Assembly: GCA_045222195.1 (NCBI GenBank) | Contig: JBGUXN010000002.1 | Location: 17,659 to 81,658, forward strand | Direction of reading: 5' to 3' | Source: Bacilli bacterium | GTDB lineage: Bacteria; Bacillota_I; Bacilli_A; RFN20; CAG-826 | DNA: 64,000 nucleotides | Shown: piece after piece, positions 25,191-34,517 of the stretch | Layout of the letters: each line of letters starts with the position of its first letter | Numbering within the stretch: position 1 is the stretch's first letter | The notes under the pieces: generated by a model | The model's database searches: none | What the model saw: the letters and a program-made list of their open reading frames with translations, nothing else | Told to the model about the DNA's origin: nothing | Translations under genes and position numbers: made by a program

Positions 25191-26476
25191 AAACCAACTT
25201 CTAAATTAAGCATTAATAAAGCGGTCATAATTAAAGGAATAGAAATAACCGCCCCATATTTCACAAAGTCCAAGAATGTGAACTTGGTTTCGTGTTCGTT
25301 CACTAAATTAGTGAACATAATACCCGCTAAAGCGCCTGTAGGCATTAAGAAAGCTCCGATATTACTACCAATAATTGAGGCGTAAATCGCTGCATTGTTA
25401 TTACAAATATTGCTATAAAGAATAGACATTGGAATATTGTTGATTAAGTTAGACACAAAGAACGAAGATAAACCATATGTCCAAATCGTGTTAGAAGTAC
25501 CCAATACTTCCATAATCTTCGCTGAAATACCTTGATAGTTAAGAGCGACCACAATGACAAACATTGATAAGAAGAATGGAATGAGTTGATATGGAAGCTT
25601 CTTAAGTGATTCAGATAAGTAGTTCCAATTCTTTTTAGTGATTAAAGACATAACCACACTTGCGAGTAATAGTGATAAAGCACAGATAAAGGAAACAATC
25701 CACATCTCCACACCAATGTAGCTAGAGATAATTAAGAACACTAAGCAGACGCCTAAATGACTTAAACCAATAATTAAAGCAGGCTTATTTTCAATATGAA
25801 CTTCTTCTTCGTTTTGCTCTAATGGTTTTCTAAGCTTCTTATTGAATAATAAGAATAATAAAGAGAATTCAATGAGACCCGCACATAAAGTTGGAATAGC
25901 CATCATCTTAAAATATTCAAAGAATGTAATACCTGCGGATGTCGCTAAATAGATGTTAGTAGGATTACCAATAATGAACATTAATGACCATGTATTAGCG
26001 GCCGCAAATTCTGCGATTAAATATGGAATTGGATTAATCTTAGAGTTCTTACAGAAGAAACAGATAAATGGAGTAAATGTGAGAATGACAATATCGTTAG
26101 ATGTAAAGATTGTTAATGTCGCTGTTAAGAAATACAAAATAATAAAGAGCGTGTATTGATTGTTCTTTGCTCTTTTCGCGGCGACACTCGCTAAATACTT
26201 AAATAAACCAACCTCATCTAAGTAGATAGAAAGGATGGTCATCGAGAAGAATAAAATGATGATCTTTAAAGGATTAACGGTGGTGTTACTTGTTAACTCT
26301 TTAAAAACTTCATTTATTGGGGCTAGGGAGAACGCTAAAAGGACTATCGCACCAACTAGGGCAATAATCCAATAAGTTCCTAATCTAATTTTGCCAATTT
26401 TAACGATTGGGAAGAATAAGATTGAGAGAGTGATTAATGTGAATGTAACAAGTGAAATAACAATGGTGGGAATCAT
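25187..26476 (-). CDS. ArsB/NhaD-superfamily anion permease
   Basis: 429 aa with about 11 helices and overall ArsB/CitMHS-like layout. Substrate not assignable. Confidence 0.55.
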   Translation of the reverse strand: MIPTIVISLVTFTLITLSILFFPIVKIGKIRLGTYWIIALVGAIVLLAFSLAPINEVFKELTSNTTVNPLKIIILFFSMTILSIYLDEVGLFKYLASVAAKRAKNNQYTLFIILYFLTATLTIFTSNDIVILTFTPFICFFCKNSKINPIPYLIAEFAAANTWSLMFIIGNPTNIYLATSAGITFFEYFKMMAIPTLCAGLIEFSLLFLLFNKKLRKPLEQNEEEVHIENKPALIIGLSHLGVCLVFLIISSYIGVEMWIVSFICALSLLLASVVMSLITKKNWNYLSESLKKLPYQLIPFFLSMFVIVVALNYQGISAKIMEVLGTSNTIWTYGLSSFFVSNLINNIPMSILYSNICNNNAAIYASIIGSNIGAFLMPTGALAGIMFTNLVNEHETKFTFLDFVKYGAVISIPLIMTALLMLNLEVGF

Positions 26477-26569
26477 AGTAACACGAACGCTATTATCCGC
26501 CTATTTTTTAAAAAGTGTTAGTAATTTATTCAAAAATTAATAACAGATAGTAAAATAAAGTTATCAACA

Positions 26570-27310
26570 ATGAAAAAAGATAAAGAGAAAAAGCAGAAGA
26601 AGGAAAAAAAGAAAAAGATAAAGATTCCTTTGACTCCTAAACAAATCGCTATTGGTATGGCCATTATTGCTTTGGTGTCTTTCTTATACAAATTCACCAT
26701 CGGCATCATGTCTTTATCAATGGTTTTAATTATCGCCGCAGTACCAACATTATTCGTCTTTATTTGTAAGTTCTTATACGCTAGACACATGGACACCACA
26801 AAAGCGAAAAAGAAGAGATCTTATTTCTTCATGATGATTGCTACTGTTTGCTTTGTTGTGCTTTTCCTCATGTTCTCCTTATTAAAAGTAGGGGGTATTG
26901 ATATTACTCACCACAACACCTTTACTGGTTGGATTGGCATTGTCTTCATCTTCTTTATCATCGCTATGTTTGTTTTATCTATTATCAACTTAAGAGGCGC
27001 TTTACAAAAAGACGACCTAGTGGTCATCGGTATTAAAGAAATCAGCTTTGTAGCCGCTCTAGCGGATGCTGTCATGATTAATGGCTTCTTATATCGTGTC
27101 TTGATTAAATACATTGAGAAATTCATTCCATTCTATAGCTTCTTTAATCAATACTTCCCACTCGCAGTTTCTGTTCTTATGTGCATTATCCCAATCATCA
27201 TGCTCAAACGCTTCATCACCTACAAGGTGGACGAAAATAGCGATGAGGAAAAGGCTGAAGAAGCCCCTGAAGCCCCAGAAGAAAATAATGCAAACACTGA
27301 AGAAGTGTAA
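26570..27310 (+). CDS. Membrane protein with poly-Lys N-terminus and acidic C-terminus, unknown function
   Basis: MKKDKEKKQKKEKKKKIK..., 5-6 helices, tail DENSDEEKAEEAPEAPEENN. Confidence 0.55.
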   Translation: MKKDKEKKQKKEKKKKIKIPLTPKQIAIGMAIIALVSFLYKFTIGIMSLSMVLIIAAVPTLFVFICKFLYARHMDTTKAKKKRSYFFMMIATVCFVVLFLMFSLLKVGGIDITHHNTFTGWIGIVFIFFIIAMFVLSIINLRGALQKDDLVVIGIKEISFVAALADAVMINGFLYRVLIKYIEKFIPFYSFFNQYFPLAVSVLMCIIPIIMLKRFITYKVDENSDEEKAEEAPEAPEENNANTEEV

Positions 27311-27348
27311 CCTTAAATAATTCCTATAGTGTCTTTTTTCTTTTATGT

Positions 27349-28224
27349 GTGCTAATATTAGCGAGATTTCGCATTATGTTATTAAATACAAGTTTCTACG
27401 ATTGGTTTTTTAGAGAAGTTGGTAGAGAGCCAGCTGGTTTATTTTCTTTCCAACATCTTTTTACCGTCACTTTAACATTAGCGATCTTTTTAACTCTCGC
27501 CGTTTTATTAGGCAAAAAGTTTAAAAATGATCCAAAGAAACAAAACTTAGTTTTATTAATCGCAGGTATTGCGATAGTTACAGTCCAATTATCCAAGAAT
27601 ATCTGGTTATTAACAGAAACTGACAACATCGCTGACTGTATTATTGGTAACTGGCCACTTTATTTCTGCGATATTCCAATTTATATCATTCCTCTTGCCG
27701 CCCTCACCAAAGGTAGATTCAAACAGTGGTGTATTGATTTCCTCGCGGTATGTGGCTTATTAATGGGCTTCATGGGTAATTACTTTGCTGGTAATTTATA
27801 TCCAAGTCACGCTATTATCTCTTTCTCCACATTAAATGCTTTAATTAATCACTCCATTTCTGCCTTTACCGCCTTATTCATTTGGGTCGCAGGTATGAAC
27901 AAGATGGAAAAAAGAGATATGCCATTCTCTATTCTTATCTTATTCACATTCATGAGTATTGCTTTACTCGTTGACTATATCCACTTATGGAGAACAGGTA
28001 ATCCAAGAAACTTCATGTTCTTCTTCTTTGGAGATGGTACTCCATTCACCTTCTTCGATGAACACTTAAGTTTTGGTGTTAAACAAATCTATCAACTTTG
28101 GATCTATGTCTTGCAGTGTGGTTATATGGCGGGATTCTATGGTATCTATTACGCTACGACAAAGCAGGTAGAGAAAAGAAAAGCCCAAAAAGAAGCCGAA
28201 ATTGCGGAAGAAAATGCTCAATAA
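27349..28224 (+). CDS. Integral membrane protein (YwaF/TIGR02206-like?)
   Basis: GTG start and 7-8 helices. N-terminal FSFQHLFTVTLTLAIF resembles the YwaF family from memory. Confidence 0.45.
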   Translation: MLILARFRIMLLNTSFYDWFFREVGREPAGLFSFQHLFTVTLTLAIFLTLAVLLGKKFKNDPKKQNLVLLIAGIAIVTVQLSKNIWLLTETDNIADCIIGNWPLYFCDIPIYIIPLAALTKGRFKQWCIDFLAVCGLLMGFMGNYFAGNLYPSHAIISFSTLNALINHSISAFTALFIWVAGMNKMEKRDMPFSILILFTFMSIALLVDYIHLWRTGNPRNFMFFFFGDGTPFTFFDEHLSFGVKQIYQLWIYVLQCGYMAGFYGIYYATTKQVEKRKAQKEAEIAEENAQ

Positions 28225-28226
28225 TC

Positions 28227-28251
28227 AAGATAGCGAATTGCTATCTTTTTT
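28227..28251 (+). terminator. Rho-independent terminator
   Basis: AAGATAGC (28227-28234) pairs with GCTATCTT (28240-28247), followed by a T-run. Confidence 0.75.
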
Positions 28252-28274
28252 ATTTCTTGCTAATATATACTTCA

Positions 28275-28964
28275 ATGAAAAAGCAAGCAGTATTCTCATT
28301 ATTATTAGTAGCCCTTACCAGTTGTGGTTCCTTTTCACCTAATTCTGTAACGATTGATGGAAAGACATATAAGACTGGTTTTTATAAATACTATGGTAAT
28401 GATTTGCACGTTTTAAATATCAAAGCCAGAGATTTTTCTACCTCTGAACATAAAGAAGGTAAATACCATTTCTGGAAATTTGAAAATGATAAATTCCAAA
28501 TGTATTTTGGAGAAAATGAAGACTCACTCGTTTGGAATCCAACACTTTACTGTTTAAATACAGAGTTAAGAGAGGCTAAACAGTACTATTCTGATTTAGA
28601 TAATTATAATTACTACTTTGGTCAATATCTTGAAGAAGAATCATATAACAAGGTGGAAGATAAAAAATACTTTGATGCGATTGAATACGCGATTAAAGTG
28701 ATGGTGACCAAACCTTTCTCTCGTAAACAAAATAAGAAGATTGATTTGAATGCCTTTGGCGCTTTCACATTCTTTAGAATGAGTAATGATAACTTATTCA
28801 CTTCCACGAGAGATCAATTCCTCTATAGTGAAGAAACTGGTTTCATTTATTTATCAACTTTCTTCGCTGATACAGAAGACGCTATCTACTACACATTAAG
28901 CAAAGAAAACAACGAACTATTAACGGAATTATATAAATCTCTTTATCAAAAAACTGAAGAATAA
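28275..28964 (+). CDS. Lipoprotein, unknown function
   Basis: MKKQAVFSLLLVALTSC lipobox. The ORF-track start (28098) spans the upstream gene and its terminator and is rejected. Confidence 0.65.
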   Translation: MKKQAVFSLLLVALTSCGSFSPNSVTIDGKTYKTGFYKYYGNDLHVLNIKARDFSTSEHKEGKYHFWKFENDKFQMYFGENEDSLVWNPTLYCLNTELREAKQYYSDLDNYNYYFGQYLEEESYNKVEDKKYFDAIEYAIKVMVTKPFSRKQNKKIDLNAFGAFTFFRMSNDNLFTSTRDQFLYSEETGFIYLSTFFADTEDAIYYTLSKENNELLTELYKSLYQKTEE

Positions 28965-28989
28965 TCGTCTACATTGGTAGATGATTTTT
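28965..28989 (+). terminator. Rho-independent terminator
   Basis: TCGTCTAC pairs with GTAGATGA (one wobble), followed by TTTTT. Confidence 0.65.
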
Positions 28990-29017
28990 ATATTGCAAAG
29001 TCATACAATAATTAAGC

Positions 29018-30580
29018 ATGAAGAAGAAAGTAATTATCATTGGTGCGGGTCCAGCGGGACTTAGTACTGCTTATGAATTAGCGAAAAGCGATGATTTTGA
29101 TATTACCATTTTAGAGCTTGAAAAATTTGTAGGTGGCATTTCCCGTACCGCTTATTATAACGGCAACAGAATGGATGTTGGTGGTCACCGTTTCTTCACT
29201 AAGGTTGATCGCGTGAGTGACTTATGGCATGAAATCATGCCTTTGCAAGGTGCTCCTAGTTTAGATGACATCATCTTAGAAAGAAAAGTTGAACTAGTGG
29301 AAGGCGGCCCAAATCCTGAACTAGTGGATAATGTCATGTTAAAGAGAAACAGATTTTCTCGTATCTATTTCTTAAAGAAATTCTTTGATTATCCAATCTC
29401 TATGAAGATGAGAACATTCGTTAACATGGGTTTCTTTAGAAGTGTGCACGCTGGCTTTGGCTATATCGGTAGTGCCATTCATAAAAGAAAAGAAAAATCC
29501 TTAGAGGATTTCTATATCAATAGATTTGGTAAACCTCTATATAGACTTTTCTTTGAAAGCTACACCGAAAAGTTATGGGGTGTCCATCCATCCAAGTTAA
29601 GCGCGGATTGGGGCGCTCAAAGAGTTAAAGGATTATCTTTAATGAAAGCTTTCTTAACCGCAATCACTAAGCCATTTAAGAAAAAGAATAAGAAAGTTGA
29701 AACTTCCTTAATTGAGTCATTTGAATATCCAAAATATGGTCCAGGACAACTCTATACCTTGCTCGCGGAAAAACTCGTTAAAGAAGGCGTAAATATCGTT
29801 TATGGCGCGGAAGTGAATAAAATCATCCTCGATGATAAGCACAATATCGCAAAAGTGGTGTGCTCTAACGGTCAAACCTATGAAGGCGATTATTTCGTCT
29901 CCTCTATGCCAATTAAAGACTTATTCGTTTCTTTAGGCAAAGAAGCCGTTAACGAAGAAGCTTATGATACCGCAGTTAATCTTCCATACCGTGATTTCAT
30001 CACCGTTGGTGTGCTCCTTGATAAATTAAAAATCAAAAATAAGACCAAGATTAAAACTTTAAACAATATCGTTCCTGATACTTGGATTTATGTCCAAGAA
30101 AGAGATGTGACCATGGGTAGAATGCAGTTATTCAATAACTGGTCACCATATATGGTTAAAGATCCGGAACATACTGTATGGATGGGTTTAGAGTATTTCT
30201 GCTCGGAAGGCGATGAGATGTGGAATGATTCTGATGAACACTTCATCGCTAATGCGGTGGATGAACTCGTGAGAATGGGTATCATTGAAGCTAAAGAAAA
30301 CGTCTTAGATGCCACTAGATTAAGAGTCAAGAAAGCCTATCCTGCCTATTTTGGTAGTTATGACAACTTTGCCGTGGTGAGAAAAGAAATCGATTCCATT
30401 GCTAACTTATATTGCGTTGGTCGTAACGGTCAACACCGTTATAACAATATGGACCACTCCATGTTAACGGGTTTAATCGCCGCTGATTACATTAAAGAAA
30501 ACAAGACCGATAAAGAGGCCTTATGGGAAGTGAATACTGAAAAAGAGTATCACGAAACTAAAGAAGAGAAATCTAAATAG
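29018..30580 (+). CDS. FAD/NAD(P)-binding oxidoreductase (amine-oxidase / UDP-galactopyranose-mutase-like fold)
   Basis: Dinucleotide motif IIGAGPAGLS, GGHRFF, C-terminal GRNGQHRYNNMDHS. Confidence 0.7.
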   Translation: MKKKVIIIGAGPAGLSTAYELAKSDDFDITILELEKFVGGISRTAYYNGNRMDVGGHRFFTKVDRVSDLWHEIMPLQGAPSLDDIILERKVELVEGGPNPELVDNVMLKRNRFSRIYFLKKFFDYPISMKMRTFVNMGFFRSVHAGFGYIGSAIHKRKEKSLEDFYINRFGKPLYRLFFESYTEKLWGVHPSKLSADWGAQRVKGLSLMKAFLTAITKPFKKKNKKVETSLIESFEYPKYGPGQLYTLLAEKLVKEGVNIVYGAEVNKIILDDKHNIAKVVCSNGQTYEGDYFVSSMPIKDLFVSLGKEAVNEEAYDTAVNLPYRDFITVGVLLDKLKIKNKTKIKTLNNIVPDTWIYVQERDVTMGRMQLFNNWSPYMVKDPEHTVWMGLEYFCSEGDEMWNDSDEHFIANAVDELVRMGIIEAKENVLDATRLRVKKAYPAYFGSYDNFAVVRKEIDSIANLYCVGRNGQHRYNNMDHSMLTGLIAADYIKENKTDKEALWEVNTEKEYHETKEEKSK

Positions 30581-32168
30581 CGGTCAAATAGAATAAAGTA
30601 GTGGAGATTAGTAATAATCCACCCGTAGAGAAAGTAACGATTGAGTAATATTTCTTCCAATCGTTTTTCTTTATAAAGAAATCAATCGCTAAAACATCTA
30701 AAACCATAAAGCCAATAATGATTGGGACGATATATCTAAAGTCCATCGTACAGCCATATGGCATCTTGATATTGAAATAAAGTTGAGCGAGTAATTGACT
30801 AATCACTAAAACACCAGCGATAATTTTTGTTTCTAAATTCTCTTTCTTAGAGAAGATGAAATATAAAATCATTAGGATTAATGATAAATAGACAAATAGA
30901 TAGTTAAAAGCGAGAGCGAGGACTGCTAAAGCGTCAGAACAAATAAATGAATACTCACCAAATAAAGCGGACTTAATTAAGAAGTTAGGGACATTGTAGT
31001 TTACAAACGTATTTCCCCATACCGCTGTAGTCATATCTTTAAAGTCAAAGATATTAATAAATCTTTCAAAGAAATTATGATCACCTGTATAAAGGTTGCT
31101 GTTTAAATTGCCAAAGACAAAACCAAATGGTTGATTAAATTTGACTTTCGCGTAGATATGAAACCATAAACCTAATGGAAGAACTAAAGCGGCAATCACC
31201 GCTCCTTGTAAGAAGTAGTGAGCAAACTTCTCTTTTTTAACAATTGCGTGAATAATGCTATAGATATAGGCAACGACCGCTGGTAAAGCGATTAACGCGC
31301 CACTTAATTTAGCAAACATCGCTAAACCAGTGAATAAACCAATCATAATCGCGTTGAACCAAGAACGGTTTTCCCACCAGGCAAAAGTGAAGTACATAAC
31401 GATGAAACAGTTCATAATGCATAATGGGTCGTTATTTTCTTGCCCCGCTAAAATGATTAACGCTGGGAATAAACCAATAAATAAAGCGCCAAATATTTTG
31501 AATTTATTATCAACTTTTAACTTATGAGCAATCTTAATACCAAAATAGATAGCGATATTCATATAGAAGGTGGATAAGATTTCACTAGTTTGGAACAAAC
31601 TATGCATATCATTCACATCATAATAAGTGCTATTAAATATCGCGTTATACGCTAGCATAAATGGCTTGCATATATGCATAAACACGGCTTGCATAATCGC
31701 ATTAAATGGTGGGTGATAGAATTGATAATCTAAATGTCCTTGAGCGTCCACTTGGGTTGGCAACTTACCAGTGCTATATAACGTCCAAGCATAGCCTTCA
31801 TGCCCAGCATTATTATGGGAGAAAACATCGTGTTGACGATAATTATATGGAGTGATAAGCATGTAATTTAATTGCATTACCACACCTAATAAAAATATAA
31901 GGAATAATAGTGTTTCAAAAGTTAACTTGTTTTTAATTCTTAAGACTAAACCAGTAATTCCAATCGCTAAAATACAAACAATAGTGAATATTCTCGCTGG
32001 CACCCCGTCAACAGAACCAAAACCATATGTTGATCTTGAATAAATTGGTTTAAAAAGAAAATACGCAAAAAAGACAAATAAAAAGACGCCAAATAGTACG
32101 GCTATATCAATTAATAATCTTTTATGTTTAATAGCGAATTCTTTCATGTATTGATAATGATAGCACAT
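30573..32168 (-). CDS. Polytopic membrane protein, GT-C (ArnT/PMT-like) glycosyltransferase candidate
   Basis: More than 12 helices across 531 aa with loops typical of GT39/GT83-like enzymes. The start may be ATG 32147. Overlaps the convergent flavoprotein gene by 8 nt. Confidence 0.45.
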   Translation of the reverse strand: MCYHYQYMKEFAIKHKRLLIDIAVLFGVFLFVFFAYFLFKPIYSRSTYGFGSVDGVPARIFTIVCILAIGITGLVLRIKNKLTFETLLFLIFLLGVVMQLNYMLITPYNYRQHDVFSHNNAGHEGYAWTLYSTGKLPTQVDAQGHLDYQFYHPPFNAIMQAVFMHICKPFMLAYNAIFNSTYYDVNDMHSLFQTSEILSTFYMNIAIYFGIKIAHKLKVDNKFKIFGALFIGLFPALIILAGQENNDPLCIMNCFIVMYFTFAWWENRSWFNAIMIGLFTGLAMFAKLSGALIALPAVVAYIYSIIHAIVKKEKFAHYFLQGAVIAALVLPLGLWFHIYAKVKFNQPFGFVFGNLNSNLYTGDHNFFERFINIFDFKDMTTAVWGNTFVNYNVPNFLIKSALFGEYSFICSDALAVLALAFNYLFVYLSLILMILYFIFSKKENLETKIIAGVLVISQLLAQLYFNIKMPYGCTMDFRYIVPIIIGFMVLDVLAIDFFIKKNDWKKYYSIVTFSTGGLLLISTTLFYLTAI

Positions 32169-32173
32169 TTGTT

Positions 32174-32210
32174 ATACAAAACAAAAAGAGTGGTGCATGT
32201 GACCACTCTT
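32174..32210 (-). terminator. Rho-independent terminator of the GPH transporter gene
   Basis: AAGAGTGGT (32186-32194) pairs with ACCACTCTT (32202-32210). T-run on the minus strand (A-run 32176-32187 on plus). Confidence 0.75.
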
Positions 32211-32225
32211 AATGTTTGTTTTTAA

Positions 32226-34322
32226 TTATTCAGCAGGAACAGCCGGTCTACCAATGCCTTCTCTAATCTTGTTGAGATCTTCAAGGGCAGCAGCATCTTT
32301 TTCTGCTTGTTTGGCTTTCTTTTCTTCTTCTTTTTGTGCTTTTGCGGCTTTTTGTTCTTCGCTCATCGCGTCGAGCTTGGCTTGTTTCTTTGCTTCAGCA
32401 GCAGCTTTCTTATCGGCAGCCTTCTTATCAGCAGCAGCCCTTTGTTCTAAGAACTTAGCGTTTTCAGCATCGAAGTCTTTGCCTTTCTTTTCGCAGTCGA
32501 TCTTTAATTGTTCGATTCTAGCTTCTTCCACTAAGCGAGCATTTTCTTCTTCTTCGAGTCTGGCTCTTTCTTCTGGTTCAATCCATTGACCACCAGCGGC
32601 TAAAACTTCAGCCTTTTGGTCAGCCACAATGGCTTTATTGTCAACGTTGGTGAATTTTTCAACGTTCATGAATAAGAACATAATGGCGATTAAGAGGTAG
32701 CAGACACCTTCAACACCAAACGCTAAAAAGGTATGTAAGAAGCGGAGCGCTTCTTTGTTTGCTGGATCGATTAAGTTATTCAAACCGATAATGATACCAT
32801 TACAGATACCGCTCATCGCGACCATGATGGAACCATAGACCGCCATGGTGAAACCATCAGTACGGATACCGTGGACAGCTTCTTGGTGATCTAAGACGTT
32901 AGCCATTAAAGCGATAGAAATGTACATAGCAGGAGCAGTACCTAAAGCTTTAACGCAGAATGCACCAATGGAGACACCGCTAACAGCAGCTTCATTTGTG
33001 GCAAAGCCTAAACATGAGAAGGCAGCAGTAGCGCCAAGCGCGGCAAGTACGCCACCTAATGAAATGGCTTTTGATTTAGTGAATTTCGCGGCCAGTGGCC
33101 AGACGATCGCCATACCTAACGCGGTTGGTACCGCACCAATTGTGTTAATAAATGAAGATAAGGAAACACCGTTCGTATAGGCTTGTGAATAGAACGACAT
33201 GTCGTTGTTCTTCATCATGCCACCGAACTGGTATAAGAACCAGAAGATCATGATCATCCACCAATATTTGTCTTTCATACAAATCTTGATTTGTTGAGAC
33301 ATGGTGACTTTCTTAACTTCTTTATGTTCTTCATTGCCAGCATTTTCAGCGTTCTTAATTTGTTCTTCTGTGATACGTTCGCGTGTAAAGAAGTATTCTA
33401 ATAAACAACCAATGATTAAAGCGGCGATCATGACAATCATTAAAATGACCCATTTTTGGTTGGCAGCTTCACGAGAAATGGTGATGGAGTATTCAGTACC
33501 ACTTAATTTTTGGACTTGTGTAAAGTCATTGGTGAAAGCGGAAGTAACACTGTTTTCAAGACCTGGAACCAATGTCTTAGTGCCGGCTTCAACAGCTTTC
33601 ATATCCGCTTCGCTTAATAAATTGTTAGCGTAAGCATATGTATTGTCGTATGTATAGACAGGCAATAAGCCTAATAAGTCAACGATAATACCACCAAACA
33701 TACCAGAGACACCAGCAGCGCCTAATTGCGCGGCCATAATCGCTGTACCTAATAAGCCACGTTTGCCACTGTCACGAGTGGATAAGTTAACTAAGGCACT
33801 GTGAGATGTGTAATACATTGGCCAAGCGAAGGCATAAAACAAGTTATAACCAACAGCGGCGAAGATGGAGGCTAATAAGCCACCTTCCATTGATGTTTGG
33901 CCACTGATTAAGCCTTGGAGAATTGTTTCTTCTTTAGCGGCTCCTGGAACTGGAATGATAAATAAGAGAACCAAGGCCACCGCAATAATTGGCATACCAA
34001 GTAAGATAAGTGGTCTTGCTTTACCAGCAAGTGTTGGTTTTCTTTCCATTAATCTACCAACCAATAAGTTACCAATAATGATAATAATGGATGATGCTAG
34101 TGGAATAATTGTTTCAAGCCATGGGGCCCAAGAACCCATACCGATGACGTTGTGCCAATATTGGACGAGCCAAATATTAACGACGCCATTACAGAATAAA
34201 GCGAGGATAGGTCCTAATAAGTAACCTAGACCAGCTTCTGGAAATAGTGAGACTGTGCGACTTTTTATTTTTGTGCGCATCAAAGGAGTTTCAAAAAAAC
34301 TCTTTTTTGTTTTTTCAGCCAT
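32226..34322 (-). CDS. Glycoside-pentoside-hexuronide (GPH/MelB-like) MFS transporter with a charged C-terminal tail of about 120 aa
   Basis: 12 helices, LLVGRLMERKPTLAGKARPLILLG loop. Tail EERARLEEEENARL...AADKKAADKKAAAEAKKQAK... Confidence 0.7.
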   Translation of the reverse strand: MAEKTKKSFFETPLMRTKIKSRTVSLFPEAGLGYLLGPILALFCNGVVNIWLVQYWHNVIGMGSWAPWLETIIPLASSIIIIIGNLLVGRLMERKPTLAGKARPLILLGMPIIAVALVLLFIIPVPGAAKEETILQGLISGQTSMEGGLLASIFAAVGYNLFYAFAWPMYYTSHSALVNLSTRDSGKRGLLGTAIMAAQLGAAGVSGMFGGIIVDLLGLLPVYTYDNTYAYANNLLSEADMKAVEAGTKTLVPGLENSVTSAFTNDFTQVQKLSGTEYSITISREAANQKWVILMIVMIAALIIGCLLEYFFTRERITEEQIKNAENAGNEEHKEVKKVTMSQQIKICMKDKYWWMIMIFWFLYQFGGMMKNNDMSFYSQAYTNGVSLSSFINTIGAVPTALGMAIVWPLAAKFTKSKAISLGGVLAALGATAAFSCLGFATNEAAVSGVSIGAFCVKALGTAPAMYISIALMANVLDHQEAVHGIRTDGFTMAVYGSIMVAMSGICNGIIIGLNNLIDPANKEALRFLHTFLAFGVEGVCYLLIAIMFLFMNVEKFTNVDNKAIVADQKAEVLAAGGQWIEPEERARLEEEENARLVEEARIEQLKIDCEKKGKDFDAENAKFLEQRAAADKKAADKKAAAEAKKQAKLDAMSEEQKAAKAQKEEEKKAKQAEKDAAALEDLNKIREGIGRPAVPAE

Positions 34323-34517
34323 AAAAACCTCCTGAGTATTATATTATCGTAAAGATAAGTCTCTTTTATTATAAAGCACTAAGGTAAATCACATAACACT
34401 TTTTAATAAACTTATTAATTTATGTCGCAAACTTATGATAAATGTGCTATTTTTCACGGCATAATCGCGCTTTACTAGTGAAAAGCAATGAAAAATATTA
34501 TAATATTGTAAGATATT

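Noticed and set aside
28098-28274. N-terminal extension of the 28098-28964 ORF
   Set aside because: It reads through the 3' end of the upstream gene and its terminator hairpin. The lipoprotein signal peptide starts at ATG 28275.
32212-32589. 125-aa Ala/Ser/Phe-rich plus-strand ORF
   Set aside because: It is the antisense shadow of the Lys/Ala/Glu-rich tail of the GPH transporter.
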